Assembly (NCBI GenBank): GCA_965212075.1
Contig: OZ243043.1
Location: 27,167-91,166, forward strand
Length of the DNA stretch: 64,000 nt
Source of the DNA: Alphaproteobacteria bacterium
GTDB lineage: Bacteria > Pseudomonadota > Alphaproteobacteria > JAPOUT01 > G958296285
Direction of reading: 5' to 3'
Shown here: positions 29,556-39,511 of the stretch, one piece after another
How positions within the stretch are numbered: position 1 is the first letter of the stretch
Layout: each line of letters starts with the position of its first letter
Made by a program: the position numbers and the translations under genes
The notes under the pieces: generated by a model
Database searches by the model: none
Seen by the model: the letters and a program-made list of their open reading frames with translations, nothing else
Told to the model about the DNA's origin: nothing

Positions 29556-30226
29556 TGTTAAATGATGAGCGGCAATTTTCTTTTTTATGCAATCCGGCGG
29601 CATGGATGCATCCAAATTGGCGCGCGCATCTTATGCGCTGGGATATTCCAGAAGGATTGGCGGAAATTTTGTGGACGCGCCGCGCACAGAGCGGTGAGTT
29701 ATCACGCTTTTTGGCAGAGCGTTTTGAGCTGCATCCAACGTCTATGCTGGACATTGAAGAATCAACGCAGCATTTTTTGCTGATGGACATTGAGCCTTTT
29801 GAAGCTTGTTTGGTGCGGCTGGGCATGATTTTTTTGTCGCCGCGCGCGCTTTATATATTGGATGGCGCTCATTTGCGCCGCCTTAAAGAGGAATTTGGCC
29901 AGAAGGATTTTCTTTTTATGCGCCATGAGGCGCTTCATCTGCTTGAAGCAAAACATGAAGCGAAAGCTCGCTCTGATTTTTCAGTTTCAGAGTCTTTTTC
30001 AAAAAAAACCGCTTTAATTTTTGGGCTGGCGGCTTTTTTAAAAAAACTTCCGGTGCGCGGCGATATTTTGACGCGGCTTTGGCTCAAATTGCCGCCTTTG
30101 GCGGAGGAGCCAGCCGCACCCGCCGGTTTTGCGCAAGTGCGCGCACAGCTTGATCACATCGGCGTTTTGAAGCCAGACGCGATGAGCAGAATTTTTGACA
30201 CGCCTTTTTCTGAAGAGGCCGCATGA
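29552..30226 (+). CDS. sctK: Sorting-platform accessory protein
   Basis: N-terminal NPAAWMHPNW; lies between sctJ and sctL. Confidence 0.7.
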   Translation: MMLNDERQFSFLCNPAAWMHPNWRAHLMRWDIPEGLAEILWTRRAQSGELSRFLAERFELHPTSMLDIEESTQHFLLMDIEPFEACLVRLGMIFLSPRALYILDGAHLRRLKEEFGQKDFLFMRHEALHLLEAKHEAKARSDFSVSESFSKKTALIFGLAAFLKKLPVRGDILTRLWLKLPPLAEEPAAPAGFAQVRAQLDHIGVLKPDAMSRIFDTPFSEEAA

Positions 30227-30882
30227 TGATCAGCCGCATAAAATCGGGGCGTCTTCATGTGGAGCAAGGGCAGGTGGTTTTGCGCAGCGCAGATTACCAG
30301 CATTTTCTGCAAGCGCGCGAGATCACCCGTTCAGCGCAAAATCATGCGCGCGAGATGCGCGATCAGGCCGCGCGCGCCTATGAAGAAGCGCGCCGCAAAG
30401 GCCATCAAGAGGGGCTGGCTGAAGGCGAGCGACAGCTCATTGCGCGCCATATTGACTTTGTCCGCAATGCGATTGAGTTCACGGCACGGCTTGAGACGAA
30501 TATCTGCTCTTTGGCCAAAGAGGCGATCACGAAAATTGTCGGCGAGATGGATATTGATGAGCTGACGCGCAAAATCGTTGTGCGCGCGCTGGCGCATTAT
30601 GGCAGCTTGCCGGAAGTCAAATTGCGCGTAGCCACCCGGCAGGAAAAACAGGTGCGCGCGCAGCTTGAGAAAATGACAGAAGAGTCAAAACAGCGCGGCA
30701 TAAAATTCATTCGTGTGGTGGGAGATCGCCAGCTTCGCTCAGGCGATTGCATCTTGGACAGCCCGATCGGATCCGTTGACGCCAGCCTAGATACGCAATT
30801 AGCCGCCATCATCAAAACCTTGGATGATCCGATAGGAAGAAAATTGCACTTTCAACAAGATCAAGAAGATGATGAAAGTTGA
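30223..30882 (+). CDS. sctL: Stator (YscL/FliH-like)
   Basis: GHQEGLAEG repeats, [20 protein letters not shown]. Confidence 0.9.
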   Translation: MMISRIKSGRLHVEQGQVVLRSADYQHFLQAREITRSAQNHAREMRDQAARAYEEARRKGHQEGLAEGERQLIARHIDFVRNAIEFTARLETNICSLAKEAITKIVGEMDIDELTRKIVVRALAHYGSLPEVKLRVATRQEKQVRAQLEKMTEESKQRGIKFIRVVGDRQLRSGDCILDSPIGSVDASLDTQLAAIIKTLDDPIGRKLHFQQDQEDDES

Positions 30883-32218
30883 AACCGCGCCAAATCCTCT
30901 GACATTGTTCACACACCGCATGGCAGCGTCTCTTGCAGATGTTCACTTATTGCGCGTGACTGGCAAAGTAATTGAAGTAATCGGCACTTTGGTGAAAGCG
31001 CATATTCCTAATGTTGAGATTGGGGAGATTTGCCAAATGGTGTCGCCGGAAGATGAGATGATCGCTGAAGCGGAGATTGTCGGCTTTGTGGGCAGCGCGG
31101 CGATATTGACCGTTTATGGCGATCTGATGGGCATTTCGGCGCAAACCGAAGTCGTGCCGACCGGCCGCACACAGGAGATCGGCGTGGGAGATCAATTGCT
31201 TGGCCGCGTCATTGATGGCATGGGGCAGCCGTTGGATGAGGCAGCCAAAGGCGCGCTGGTGCTTGATAAATTTTATCCAATTCACCGCGAAGCCCCCGAC
31301 CCTTTGGAGCGCCGCTTGATTTCACAAGTTTTGCCCCTTGGCATGCGCGCTTTGGACGGGATGTTAAGCTGCGGAGAAGGCCAGCGTATGGGCATTTTTG
31401 CTGCTGCTGGCGTCGGCAAATCAACATTGCTGTCGGCGCTGGTCAAGGGCGCGTCTTGTGATGTGATCGTTATCGCGCTGATTGGCGAGCGTGGCCGTGA
31501 AGTGCGCGAATTTATTGAACATAGTCTGGGGGAAGAGGGCATGCGCCGCGCGGTGCTCGTCATCGCCACATCCGACCGCTCTTCAATGGAGCGCGCCCGT
31601 GCTGCCTATGTCGCCACCGCCATTGCCGAATATTTTCGCGACCGCAATCGCAAGGTTTTATTTTTAATGGATTCGGTGACGCGGTTTGCGCGGGCTTTGC
31701 GGGAAATTGGGCTGGCCGCCGGTGAGCCTCCGACGCGGCGTGGATTTCCGCCTTCAGTATTTTCAACATTGCCGCGCTTGATGGAGCGCGCCGGCATGAG
31801 TCGGCGTGGCTCCATCACGGCTTTTTATACGGTGCTCGTTGAGGGTGATGATATGACCGAGCCGATTGCCGATGAGACGCGCTCCATTCTTGACGGTCAT
31901 ATTATTTTATCGCGCGCGCTTGCTGCCTCAGGTCATTATCCGGCGATTGATGTGCTGCAGAGTGCCAGCCGCGTGATGACGAACATCATCACACCAGATC
32001 ATCAGCAAACCATGCTGACTTTGCGAAAATATCTTGCGGCTTATAGCGATGTGGAATTTTTGATTAAGATCGGCGAATATAAAAAGGGCAATGACCCCCT
32101 CACCGACAAGGCCGTTGAGCTGGCTGATGAGATCAATCTTTTTCTCAAGCAAAATCAAAATGAGCTCAGCACTTTTGACCAAACCTTGTCCGCGATGCAA
32201 GACCTCGCGGCGCGCTAG
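30869..32218 (+). CDS. sctN: T3SS ATPase
   Basis: [44 protein letters not shown]. Confidence 0.96.
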   Translation: MMKVETAPNPLTLFTHRMAASLADVHLLRVTGKVIEVIGTLVKAHIPNVEIGEICQMVSPEDEMIAEAEIVGFVGSAAILTVYGDLMGISAQTEVVPTGRTQEIGVGDQLLGRVIDGMGQPLDEAAKGALVLDKFYPIHREAPDPLERRLISQVLPLGMRALDGMLSCGEGQRMGIFAAAGVGKSTLLSALVKGASCDVIVIALIGERGREVREFIEHSLGEEGMRRAVLVIATSDRSSMERARAAYVATAIAEYFRDRNRKVLFLMDSVTRFARALREIGLAAGEPPTRRGFPPSVFSTLPRLMERAGMSRRGSITAFYTVLVEGDDMTEPIADETRSILDGHIILSRALAASGHYPAIDVLQSASRVMTNIITPDHQQTMLTLRKYLAAYSDVEFLIKIGEYKKGNDPLTDKAVELADEINLFLKQNQNELSTFDQTLSAMQDLAAR

Positions 32219-32229
32219 AAGAATTTTTC

Positions 32230-32697
32230 ATGCAAATGCAAGAGCTGCTACTTAAAATTCGCCGCAAGAGGTATGAAAACGCGCAAGTGGATGTCGCGCA
32301 AAGCCGCCAAGCTTTGGCGCAAGCGCGGCAAACATTAGATCAAGCGGAGCGCGCCGTGGAAGCCTTTGTGCGTGAGCGGCGTCACCGCATTGAAAATATA
32401 TATAACCAACTGATAGGTAAGGAAATTTCTCGCAAAATATTGGACGAAGCGCGCGCCGCCGAGCGCAGCCTCAATGAAAAATTGGCGGCGATGAAAGTAG
32501 ATGTCAAAAATTGTGCTGACCAAGTGGAAAAAAAGAAAAAGCATCTTGCTGAAGCGCAAAGCCGGCTGATATTCAGCCATAAAGGCATGGAGAAGGCAGG
32601 AGAAATTTATCAAAAAGCGATCAATGAAAACTTGCGCGCAGAAAATCTGCGCGAAGATGAAATCATTGATGAATTTGCAGTCCGTAAGAAATTTTGA
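32230..32697 (+). CDS. sctO: Stalk protein
   Basis: All-coiled-coil ORF right after sctN, ending EDEIIDEF. Confidence 0.75.
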   Translation: MQMQELLLKIRRKRYENAQVDVAQSRQALAQARQTLDQAERAVEAFVRERRHRIENIYNQLIGKEISRKILDEARAAERSLNEKLAAMKVDVKNCADQVEKKKKHLAEAQSRLIFSHKGMEKAGEIYQKAINENLRAENLREDEIIDEFAVRKKF

Positions 32698-34347
32698 ATG
32701 ATGCGCGCTTTTATTTTTATCATATCTTGTTTATGTGCCAGCGCCGCTTTGGCTGGTGAAAAGGCGATTTATTACCGCGCCTTTGATCAGAATTTGCCAT
32801 TGGCTTTGAGGGATGTTGCTGAAAGCTTTAATCTGTCGCTCAACATGCAGGACATTCCCAACCAGCGTCTTAAGGGAGAATATGAATTACATTCTCCCAG
32901 CAAATTTTTGAACATTATTGCGCAGCGTTATCTTTTAGACTGGTTCATTGATGATGAAACGCTTTTTGTCACGCCAAAAAAATTACGCCAGCGCCGCGCT
33001 TTCTCATTTAAGACGGTGGCCGATCTTGATGATTTTCGTATTTATGTTCGGAAGAAAAAGCCTCTTTCGGGCATATCATTTCCTATGAGCCTTGATGGAG
33101 AGCAGCTGCAATTGACTTTTCAAGCGCCGGAAGCTTATTTGCAGCGCATTTCTCTTCTGTATGAAACATATGCCGGTCAGCACACAGAGGCAGAAGATGA
33201 GATTGCAGAAAAGGAAAATGCCGGAGACGGTCATGGCGTGATGATGTTTCGGCTAGAACATGCTTGGGCAACTGATAAGACATATCAATTCGCCGATACA
33301 GCTTACACTGTTTCCGGCGTAGCGACGATTTTACAGAAAATCATCGGCGCAAAGGAGGCAGACGAACAAAGTGGCGGCCTGCCTGTTTTTGGCAGTTCGG
33401 AATCCGTTCCGGAAATTCGGCCTCTTGCCGCGCCGCGCCGCAAAGCCGTTCAGGAGCAGATGAAGAGCAAAACGCAGGCTCAACACAAGCCGCCAGACGC
33501 CGCATTGTCTCAAGCGCCAAAGATTCTCGCCGACGAACGGCTCAACGCCATTCTCATTTATGATGATCGCAGGCATTATAGCTATTATAAAAGTTTAATC
33601 AAAAGACTGGATAAGAAGTCTGAGCTTGTTGAAATTGAAGCCATGATTGTGGATGTCGCCAAAGATCACATTTATGATTTGGGCGTCAATTGGCAGGCGA
33701 GCAAAGGGCGCGATGCTATCGGTTTTGGCACGATCGGCGAGAATTTGGTGGAAGAGGGTGCCGTTGCTCTTTCGGGCGGGCTTGGCGGTTTATCCACCGC
33801 CTTGACAAGCAATTTAAGCGGCGTCTTGGCCAAAATCAGATTTCTTGAGACAAAGGGCAATAGCCGCATTGTCTCGCGTCCTTCGGTTGTCACGATGGAC
33901 AATCTTGAGGCGATCATCAACACGACGCAGCGTTTTTTCGTTCGCGTGACAGGATTTCAAGACTCCTCGCTTTATCCGGTAGAGGTGGGAACGACGTTGC
34001 GTGTCACGCCTCATATTATTTCCCGCAGCGCAGATAGTGTGCGCAGCAAGGATTACCACATCCAGCTTTTTGTTGTGATTGAAGATGGCGCTGTGGACGA
34101 GGCGCAGAGCACAAGAGTTGATGGCTTGCCGCGGATTCAGGAAAACAAGATCAACACGCAGGCGGTCGTTGAGCAGGGCGAGAGTCTTTTGATCGGCGGT
34201 CATATTCATACGACGACATCTGAGTCAATTTCGCGCGTGCCCTTTCTCGGATATATCCCGCTTTTGGGCTATTTGTTTTCATCGCGCAACAAAGTGGAGA
34301 AAGAATTTATTCGCCTTTTCATCATCCGTCCCCGAGTCCATGAATAA
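32698..34347 (+). CDS. sctC: Outer membrane secretin
   Basis: Signal peptide, FRLEHAWATD, ADERLNAIL, VEIEAMIVDV, VPFLGYIPLLGYLF. Confidence 0.93.
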   Translation: MMRAFIFIISCLCASAALAGEKAIYYRAFDQNLPLALRDVAESFNLSLNMQDIPNQRLKGEYELHSPSKFLNIIAQRYLLDWFIDDETLFVTPKKLRQRRAFSFKTVADLDDFRIYVRKKKPLSGISFPMSLDGEQLQLTFQAPEAYLQRISLLYETYAGQHTEAEDEIAEKENAGDGHGVMMFRLEHAWATDKTYQFADTAYTVSGVATILQKIIGAKEADEQSGGLPVFGSSESVPEIRPLAAPRRKAVQEQMKSKTQAQHKPPDAALSQAPKILADERLNAILIYDDRRHYSYYKSLIKRLDKKSELVEIEAMIVDVAKDHIYDLGVNWQASKGRDAIGFGTIGENLVEEGAVALSGGLGGLSTALTSNLSGVLAKIRFLETKGNSRIVSRPSVVTMDNLEAIINTTQRFFVRVTGFQDSSLYPVEVGTTLRVTPHIISRSADSVRSKDYHIQLFVVIEDGAVDEAQSTRVDGLPRIQENKINTQAVVEQGESLLIGGHIHTTTSESISRVPFLGYIPLLGYLFSSRNKVEKEFIRLFIIRPRVHE

Positions 34348-34699
34348 AGAGTTAGTAAAAAATATACCCGCAGATGAGCAAATTTGGCATTTGCCGTCCT
34401 GCATTGACGGCGCTCATGCTGATGAGATGCAGCGCCATATTGCGCATGCTGCGCAGCTGGCAGGCGGTGTGACGCGGCTCGTTTTGGATTTGCGGCCTCT
34501 CGCGCTTTTAGATTTTTCAGGCGCTGGTTTTTTGCTTGACCTGATCGCGCAGGCGCGCGCGCGCAAAATAAACGTCATTCTTCAAACGAAGGATGAGTCT
34601 CTGGCATCTTTGCTGCATTTTATGCAGTTTGATTTTGTCGCCGAGATTCAGTTCGTCGCAGCCAGCGAGGAGGCGGTGAATGGCAAGAATCTCAAATAG
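34340..34699 (+). CDS. STAS-domain protein (anti-sigma antagonist-like)
   Basis: LVLDLRPLALLDFSGAGFLL fits the STAS pattern; overlaps the sctC stop. Confidence 0.7.
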   Translation: MNKELVKNIPADEQIWHLPSCIDGAHADEMQRHIAHAAQLAGGVTRLVLDLRPLALLDFSGAGFLLDLIAQARARKINVILQTKDESLASLLHFMQFDFVAEIQFVAASEEAVNGKNLK

Positions 34700-36113
34700 C
34701 GGCGGCACTTCAAAAAATGTTCTCAGCTCTGTTTGGCGTGCGGTCAAATCTCTCAAGACGCGTCAAGGAACGGCCCATGCTGTCAAGCAGGCAAGCACAT
34801 CGCGTGCGCGTAAAGTTAATGGTTTATCTCCGCGCCGCAGGCTTTTCAACCGCACGCTTTTCTCGCGCAAAGCCCGCTCGCCGGCTTCTTCTGCTGAACG
34901 AACCAACATAAAGGCAGATTTTGCGGGCAAGGATGGCACGCAAAGCGGCAAGCGGCTTTTGGAGATTTTTTCCACCGCCGCGCCAGAGGAAATATTGCAC
35001 GCTGTCCATGAAACGGCGATCAATCCGGAGATTCAACAAGATCACGTGCTTAGTTATAATGGCGATCTTCATGTGAGTTTTCAGCAGAAGCTGATGAGCA
35101 TGAACGATCAGGAGCTTCTCGCGCTTTATCAGAAATTCAATAGTTCGGACATGCTCAATCTGCGCGCCGGATTAAAATTAGCCGCACAGCAGGGCGCAGG
35201 GCGCGGCACGGCGTCTGACGGCGTAAAGAAGGAGTTTGATTTCACCTCGCGCCATTTGGAAGGGTTGAATCGGATTATTCTTGCTGAAGTGATGCTGCAT
35301 CGTTCTCTCGTTGATAATCTGCTGCCGCTTCGTGGGCAAAATATGTCGAGAAAGACAAAAAATATTTTGCGGCGCTTTGGCAGGGATATGGCGCCGCATA
35401 TTTCTTCTTCGTCGGGTGATGTGCCGAAGGCAATTTTGCAGCGATTTCAAAATGATTTTGCCAAGCTGGCGCGCCAGTCCGAAGAAGGCGTGGCCGATGA
35501 GGCTGTCGGCAAAGAAGGGGGCATATGCCATCTTGACCGGCAGAATCCGAACAGCGAAGAACTCAACGTATCCGAGATTTACATCAAAGATTTTAAACGC
35601 ATTCCGAAAAAATTTGATGATGGTGAGCAGGTGATCACCAATCACCAGCTGGGCTGGAACGAATTTGATCGCAAGAATATTTCCGATCATATCACGCAAT
35701 TTTGCCGCGGCGATGCCAATCAAGCGCGGCGTGTGAACTCTCTGCTGTCGCAGCAATCTTTGGCGGATCTTTATAAGCTGCAGCGCGGCGGTGCGTTTGT
35801 GCCCTATCCTCGCGCTGCTGACCAGCCTCATCAGTTTGATGGTTATGAGGGCAATAAGAATCTATCGCAGACGATCACGCGTCTGGCCAATGGCGATGTC
35901 CGCGTGCGGACAATGCAGACCCTTGAGCCAAATATGTTTAATCGTTTCAAAAATCATGGCGGCATTGAATTTCTTCCCGTTGGCGATAAGAAATCTGTGC
36001 TGCGATTAGATATAGATATTCTTGTGCCCGCGCAGCGCAGTGTTGCGCCGGAAATTACTCATTTTCGCCACTCATCACATATTGTGGTTGAAGACTCAAT
36101 CATAGAGATGTGA
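34680..36113 (+). CDS. Hypothetical protein, candidate T3SS effector
   Basis: 477 aa with S/R/A-rich N-terminus; convergent with a class I chaperone. Confidence 0.65.
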   Translation: MARISNSGGTSKNVLSSVWRAVKSLKTRQGTAHAVKQASTSRARKVNGLSPRRRLFNRTLFSRKARSPASSAERTNIKADFAGKDGTQSGKRLLEIFSTAAPEEILHAVHETAINPEIQQDHVLSYNGDLHVSFQQKLMSMNDQELLALYQKFNSSDMLNLRAGLKLAAQQGAGRGTASDGVKKEFDFTSRHLEGLNRIILAEVMLHRSLVDNLLPLRGQNMSRKTKNILRRFGRDMAPHISSSSGDVPKAILQRFQNDFAKLARQSEEGVADEAVGKEGGICHLDRQNPNSEELNVSEIYIKDFKRIPKKFDDGEQVITNHQLGWNEFDRKNISDHITQFCRGDANQARRVNSLLSQQSLADLYKLQRGGAFVPYPRAADQPHQFDGYEGNKNLSQTITRLANGDVRVRTMQTLEPNMFNRFKNHGGIEFLPVGDKKSVLRLDIDILVPAQRSVAPEITHFRHSSHIVVEDSIIEM

Positions 36114-36119
36114 TAGATG

Positions 36120-36644
36120 CTAGATGCGCACCGCACCTGCGCGATTGTCTGAAAGTTGCGGCGCAGTCTGGCCATCTGCGTCAGCATCGTCAGCAAATTG
36201 CAAGACGCCATTTTTGACGCAGCTCGCCCAATATTCCAGAGCATTGACGAAGCGCTCCATTTCGTTTTCCAAAATTTCAGTCGTGAGCACATAGGCCGGC
36301 AGTGCGCGCGTGAGTAAGATTTCTTTGCTCTCCGCGTCAAAGGCGAATGCCGCGCCGCCCATAACCGATTCCGACAAATTCGCTTGCAGCAGATTGTGAT
36401 AAAAAGCTGTGATCTGGTCGGGCTGAGCGAGGCGCGGGCTGTCAGAGATTGCAGAGATGAGAAACATGGTGCGAATGTCTTGCTGCGGCTCGCCAAGTGC
36501 TTGTATTTCCACAAGAAATTGATCGTCAAAAATCAAGGACGAGATCGCGCGCTTGTCAAAAGAGAGATTGCGCAAGCCGATATTCTGCCCGAATTGCATC
36601 AAGGTTTGGTTTAATTGCGAAAGAGGAATGGTGGTTGAGTTCAT
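36120..36644 (-). CDS. CesT/SycE class I chaperone
   Basis: FGQNIGLRNLSFD, LLQANL..GGAAFAFD, FVNALEYW. Confidence 0.8.
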   Translation of the reverse strand: MNSTTIPLSQLNQTLMQFGQNIGLRNLSFDKRAISSLIFDDQFLVEIQALGEPQQDIRTMFLISAISDSPRLAQPDQITAFYHNLLQANLSESVMGGAAFAFDAESKEILLTRALPAYVLTTEILENEMERFVNALEYWASCVKNGVLQFADDADADGQTAPQLSDNRAGAVRI

Positions 36645-36952
36645 CAGTGGGGGGCATCCTTTTGAGCTGGTTTTTGTTGGTGGAAAGCGATCTGCTGGTG
36701 CAGCCGCGCGAGTAGATCATTTTGTTCTGCGGCGAGGTTTTGCTGGCTGATGAGTTTCAGCCAAAGGGCGGCTTCGTCATAAGCGCCTTGATGGGCGAGG
36801 CATAATCCGGCGCCCAATATCCAGCTCGGATTGCCTTCATCAATCGCGGTGAGAAAGCGATAGACCACCGCAGCGCTGCTATAATGGCGCACGAGCGTGC
36901 GGTTATAAGCGAACACGGCGAGTGTTTTAATATCGTCGGCGCTGAAATTCAT
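36644..36952 (-). CDS. sctY: YscY-like chaperone
   Basis: Short TPR-like ORF (LAVFAY..HYSSAAVVYRFL) coupled to the sctX-like gene. Confidence 0.55.
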   Translation of the reverse strand: MNFSADDIKTLAVFAYNRTLVRHYSSAAVVYRFLTAIDEGNPSWILGAGLCLAHQGAYDEAALWLKLISQQNLAAEQNDLLARLHQQIAFHQQKPAQKDAPH

Positions 36953-37386
36953 CAGCACGGCGTATTTACGATGCGGTACGCGTAAAAATCTTGCGCGAGC
37001 GTGATTTCGTTTTGCATGATCTCGGTGAGTTCCTTTGTATGAGGCAATTGATTCTCTAGTGCATGTATTTTCTCACGCAAGTTTTTGAGCTGTTCGGCGT
37101 AGCTGCGCGGCACAAGGTGCGGGCGCTCAATATTTTGGCTGGGATCAAGAATGCGCGCTGCGATTTTGTCAAGATGATTTTGTGTATGCGCGTTTATTTT
37201 TGTGAGCAGTGGACGCTCAATGCTTGGCGGCAGAGGCTGGTAGAACCATGATTGATTTTTACGCAGAAAAGGATCATGTGCTTGTTCTGCGCGCGCTGTG
37301 CGGCGCTGAGGCAGTTGAGCGGAATTTGCCCCTGCTGCTAAATTTCCCACCAAGCCTGTCTTCAAATTTATGCCTAGGTTTGCCAT
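36952..37386 (-). CDS. sctX: YscX-like protein
   Basis: Size, position before the YscY-like gene, and a C-terminal helix ending FYAYRIVN. Confidence 0.5.
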   Translation of the reverse strand: MANLGINLKTGLVGNLAAGANSAQLPQRRTARAEQAHDPFLRKNQSWFYQPLPPSIERPLLTKINAHTQNHLDKIAARILDPSQNIERPHLVPRSYAEQLKNLREKIHALENQLPHTKELTEIMQNEITLAQDFYAYRIVNTPC

Positions 37387-37435
37387 AGCGAAATGCCCGA
37401 TTCAAGTTCCCTGTTCAATTACATTCTTTGTGCAA

Positions 37436-37663
37436 TTACATTCTTTGCACGACAGCTTTGAGCATATCCTCAATGGATTTGATCATTGCCGCTTGAAGTT
37501 GAAATGCCATATTCATGCGCATCATCGCCATCTGCATTTTGGCCATATCAGCAGGGGAGGTGGGGTCTATATTTTTTGCAAGATCGGCCACGTCCTGCAT
37601 GCCGGAATCGGCGCTTTCACTGACGTGGGAAACAATTCCTTGAATATTTAATCCGGTAGACAT
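37436..37663 (-). CDS. sctF: Needle subunit (EscF/SsaG/YscF)
   Basis: 75 aa; DPTSPADMAKMQ turn and C-terminal AAMIKSIEDMLKAVVQRM. Confidence 0.85.
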   Translation of the reverse strand: MSTGLNIQGIVSHVSESADSGMQDVADLAKNIDPTSPADMAKMQMAMMRMNMAFQLQAAMIKSIEDMLKAVVQRM

Positions 37664-37672
37664 GATTTCCTT

Positions 37673-37942
37673 TTAAGGCTGGTCGTTTGTTTTGTGGTGA
37701 ATGCTGTTCCAGAAAAGACTCACGATGCGATGCGCAGCGGTGAGCGCTTTGAGTTCTGCATCAAAGCGGGCTTTGTCTTCTGTGGTCAAGCCTGCGGCGA
37801 TGGCCGATTCTTTTTGTGATATTCTGCCGTCAATCTCTTGAAGAAGCTGGTTATACAGATGACCTTTGGCATCGGCCATGAGGTCGCGCCCCAGATCGGT
37901 GAAAGAAGGTAGTTTTTTACTGATTTCATTCATTGCTAGCAT
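37673..37942 (-). CDS. YscE/SsaE-like needle co-chaperone
   Basis: Small helical hairpin (FTDLGRDL...ALTAAHRIV) directly upstream of sctF. Confidence 0.65.
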   Translation of the reverse strand: MLAMNEISKKLPSFTDLGRDLMADAKGHLYNQLLQEIDGRISQKESAIAAGLTTEDKARFDAELKALTAAHRIVSLFWNSIHHKTNDQP

Positions 37943-38015
37943 CCCATTTGATGATGAATCATCATAGAAAAGGGGAAGACATTTTGAAAATCACATTTAA
38001 GTTATTATCTGTTTA

Positions 38016-38468
38016 TCAAAGATAACGAATGTTGAGATTGTCCGGCAGGGAAGCTGTTGCTGGTGTTTGCACGAATTGTTGATGTGCGCGCTCGGCCCAG
38101 CCAAAGAAGCGTCCGATGATGTTTTGGAATTCAATTTTTGAAATATCCACAGCGCGTGCGCGGCAGGCGAGCGAAATAAATTCGCCTTCATCGCTCAATG
38201 TGAGGCCGAAAGGCTCTTTGCCAACAATTTTGTGATTGAAGCTCAACATTTTGTTCAAAGCAATTTTGCGCTGTGCGGCCTCATAGGGGAGGGGTGCCAA
38301 TCTGATCCAAGCGCGCGCGCTGGTGTCGGGGGAGAGCGGGTCGTGCTCAATGATGAGGAGCAGCCCTTGACCGATGAGTGCTTCATGGCGGTGCTGCGCC
38401 CCGTGACGGCGCGCTTTGACGCCGCGCGCCTCAATCCAGTCAATGAATCTGCTGCGAAAACTGCTCAT
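38016..38468 (-). CDS. Class I chaperone-fold protein (YscB/CesT-like)
   Basis: WIRLAPLP..ALNKMLSFN..FGLTLSDEGEFISL; coupled to sctU. Confidence 0.55.
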   Translation of the reverse strand: MSSFRSRFIDWIEARGVKARRHGAQHRHEALIGQGLLLIIEHDPLSPDTSARAWIRLAPLPYEAAQRKIALNKMLSFNHKIVGKEPFGLTLSDEGEFISLACRARAVDISKIEFQNIIGRFFGWAERAHQQFVQTPATASLPDNLNIRYL

Positions 38469-39511
38469 CTTTGGCCGGCCTTGATTTGGGCGATGTAGCG
38501 CAGAGCTTCGGCGACCGGCATGATGAAATCGCTGGTGATGTAGTGGCCAAGCTCAATATCATGGAAGAGTCCTTGTGCGAGATCAACATTTTCGTAGATG
38601 GGAATGTTTTCCTGTTCAGCGATTTTGATGATCTCACGCGCGATCGCGCCTTCGCCCTTGCCGATAACGAGCGGCAGCGGGGTTTTGTCTTCATCATAAA
38701 GGAGCGCGACGGCGTAATGAGCCGGATTTTTGACAATAACGCTCGCATTGCGCACCGAGTTCAGCATCGAATCATCAAGGATTTCGCGATGCGCCTGCTT
38801 TCGATGCGCTTTGATTTCGGGGCTGCCCTCCATTTCTTTATATTCTCTTTTGACTTCCTCTTTGCTCATTTTGAGCTCCTTCATGTAGAAATATCTTTGG
38901 AAAATAAAATCTATAATGGCGATCGGAATGTAAAGCGCGGCGAGAATCGCAAACAGCCATCCCAGCGCGCGCGCGCCGGACCACATAATACATGGCAGGC
39001 CGCAAATTTCAGCGGCAAAAAACTCACCGATGAAGCTTTTGACGATCAAAAAAGCGACATAACCAATTGATAGAAGTTTGATGATATTCATTGCGAAGTT
39101 GAATAAATTGCGCGGCGCGAACATTTGCTTGGCGTTGCTGATAAAATTGACCGCCTGCAGGCCTTTTGCGAGCTTGGCGGCAGAAAATACAATGCCGACT
39201 TGGAATAGGTTGGCGAGAATGGCGATGGCAATTGTCGTCGCATAGGTGGCTGCAGAAATGACCACGCCGAAGGTAAGCACATTGCCCAGCAAAATAGGGA
39301 AGGTTTGCTGAAAAGGCTGATGAAGGCCGTTCAACATCACGTTAATCATATTGATCGTCATTACGGTGATCTGGGGATATAGCAGGAAAAACAATCCGGT
39401 TAGGCCGATGAGAATCGCGCCGGCGACGATTTCGCGCGAAAACAAAAATTGACCTTTTTCGCGCGCATCGCGTATGCGTTTTGGCGTTGGCAGTTCGGTT
39501 TTTTCGCTCAT
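38465..39511 (-). CDS. sctU: Export apparatus switch protein
   Basis: SEKTELPTPKR, MSKEEVKREYKEMEGSPEIK, NPAH cleavage loop. Confidence 0.95.
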   Translation of the reverse strand: MSEKTELPTPKRIRDAREKGQFLFSREIVAGAILIGLTGLFFLLYPQITVMTINMINVMLNGLHQPFQQTFPILLGNVLTFGVVISAATYATTIAIAILANLFQVGIVFSAAKLAKGLQAVNFISNAKQMFAPRNLFNFAMNIIKLLSIGYVAFLIVKSFIGEFFAAEICGLPCIMWSGARALGWLFAILAALYIPIAIIDFIFQRYFYMKELKMSKEEVKREYKEMEGSPEIKAHRKQAHREILDDSMLNSVRNASVIVKNPAHYAVALLYDEDKTPLPLVIGKGEGAIAREIIKIAEQENIPIYENVDLAQGLFHDIELGHYITSDFIMPVAEALRYIAQIKAGQR

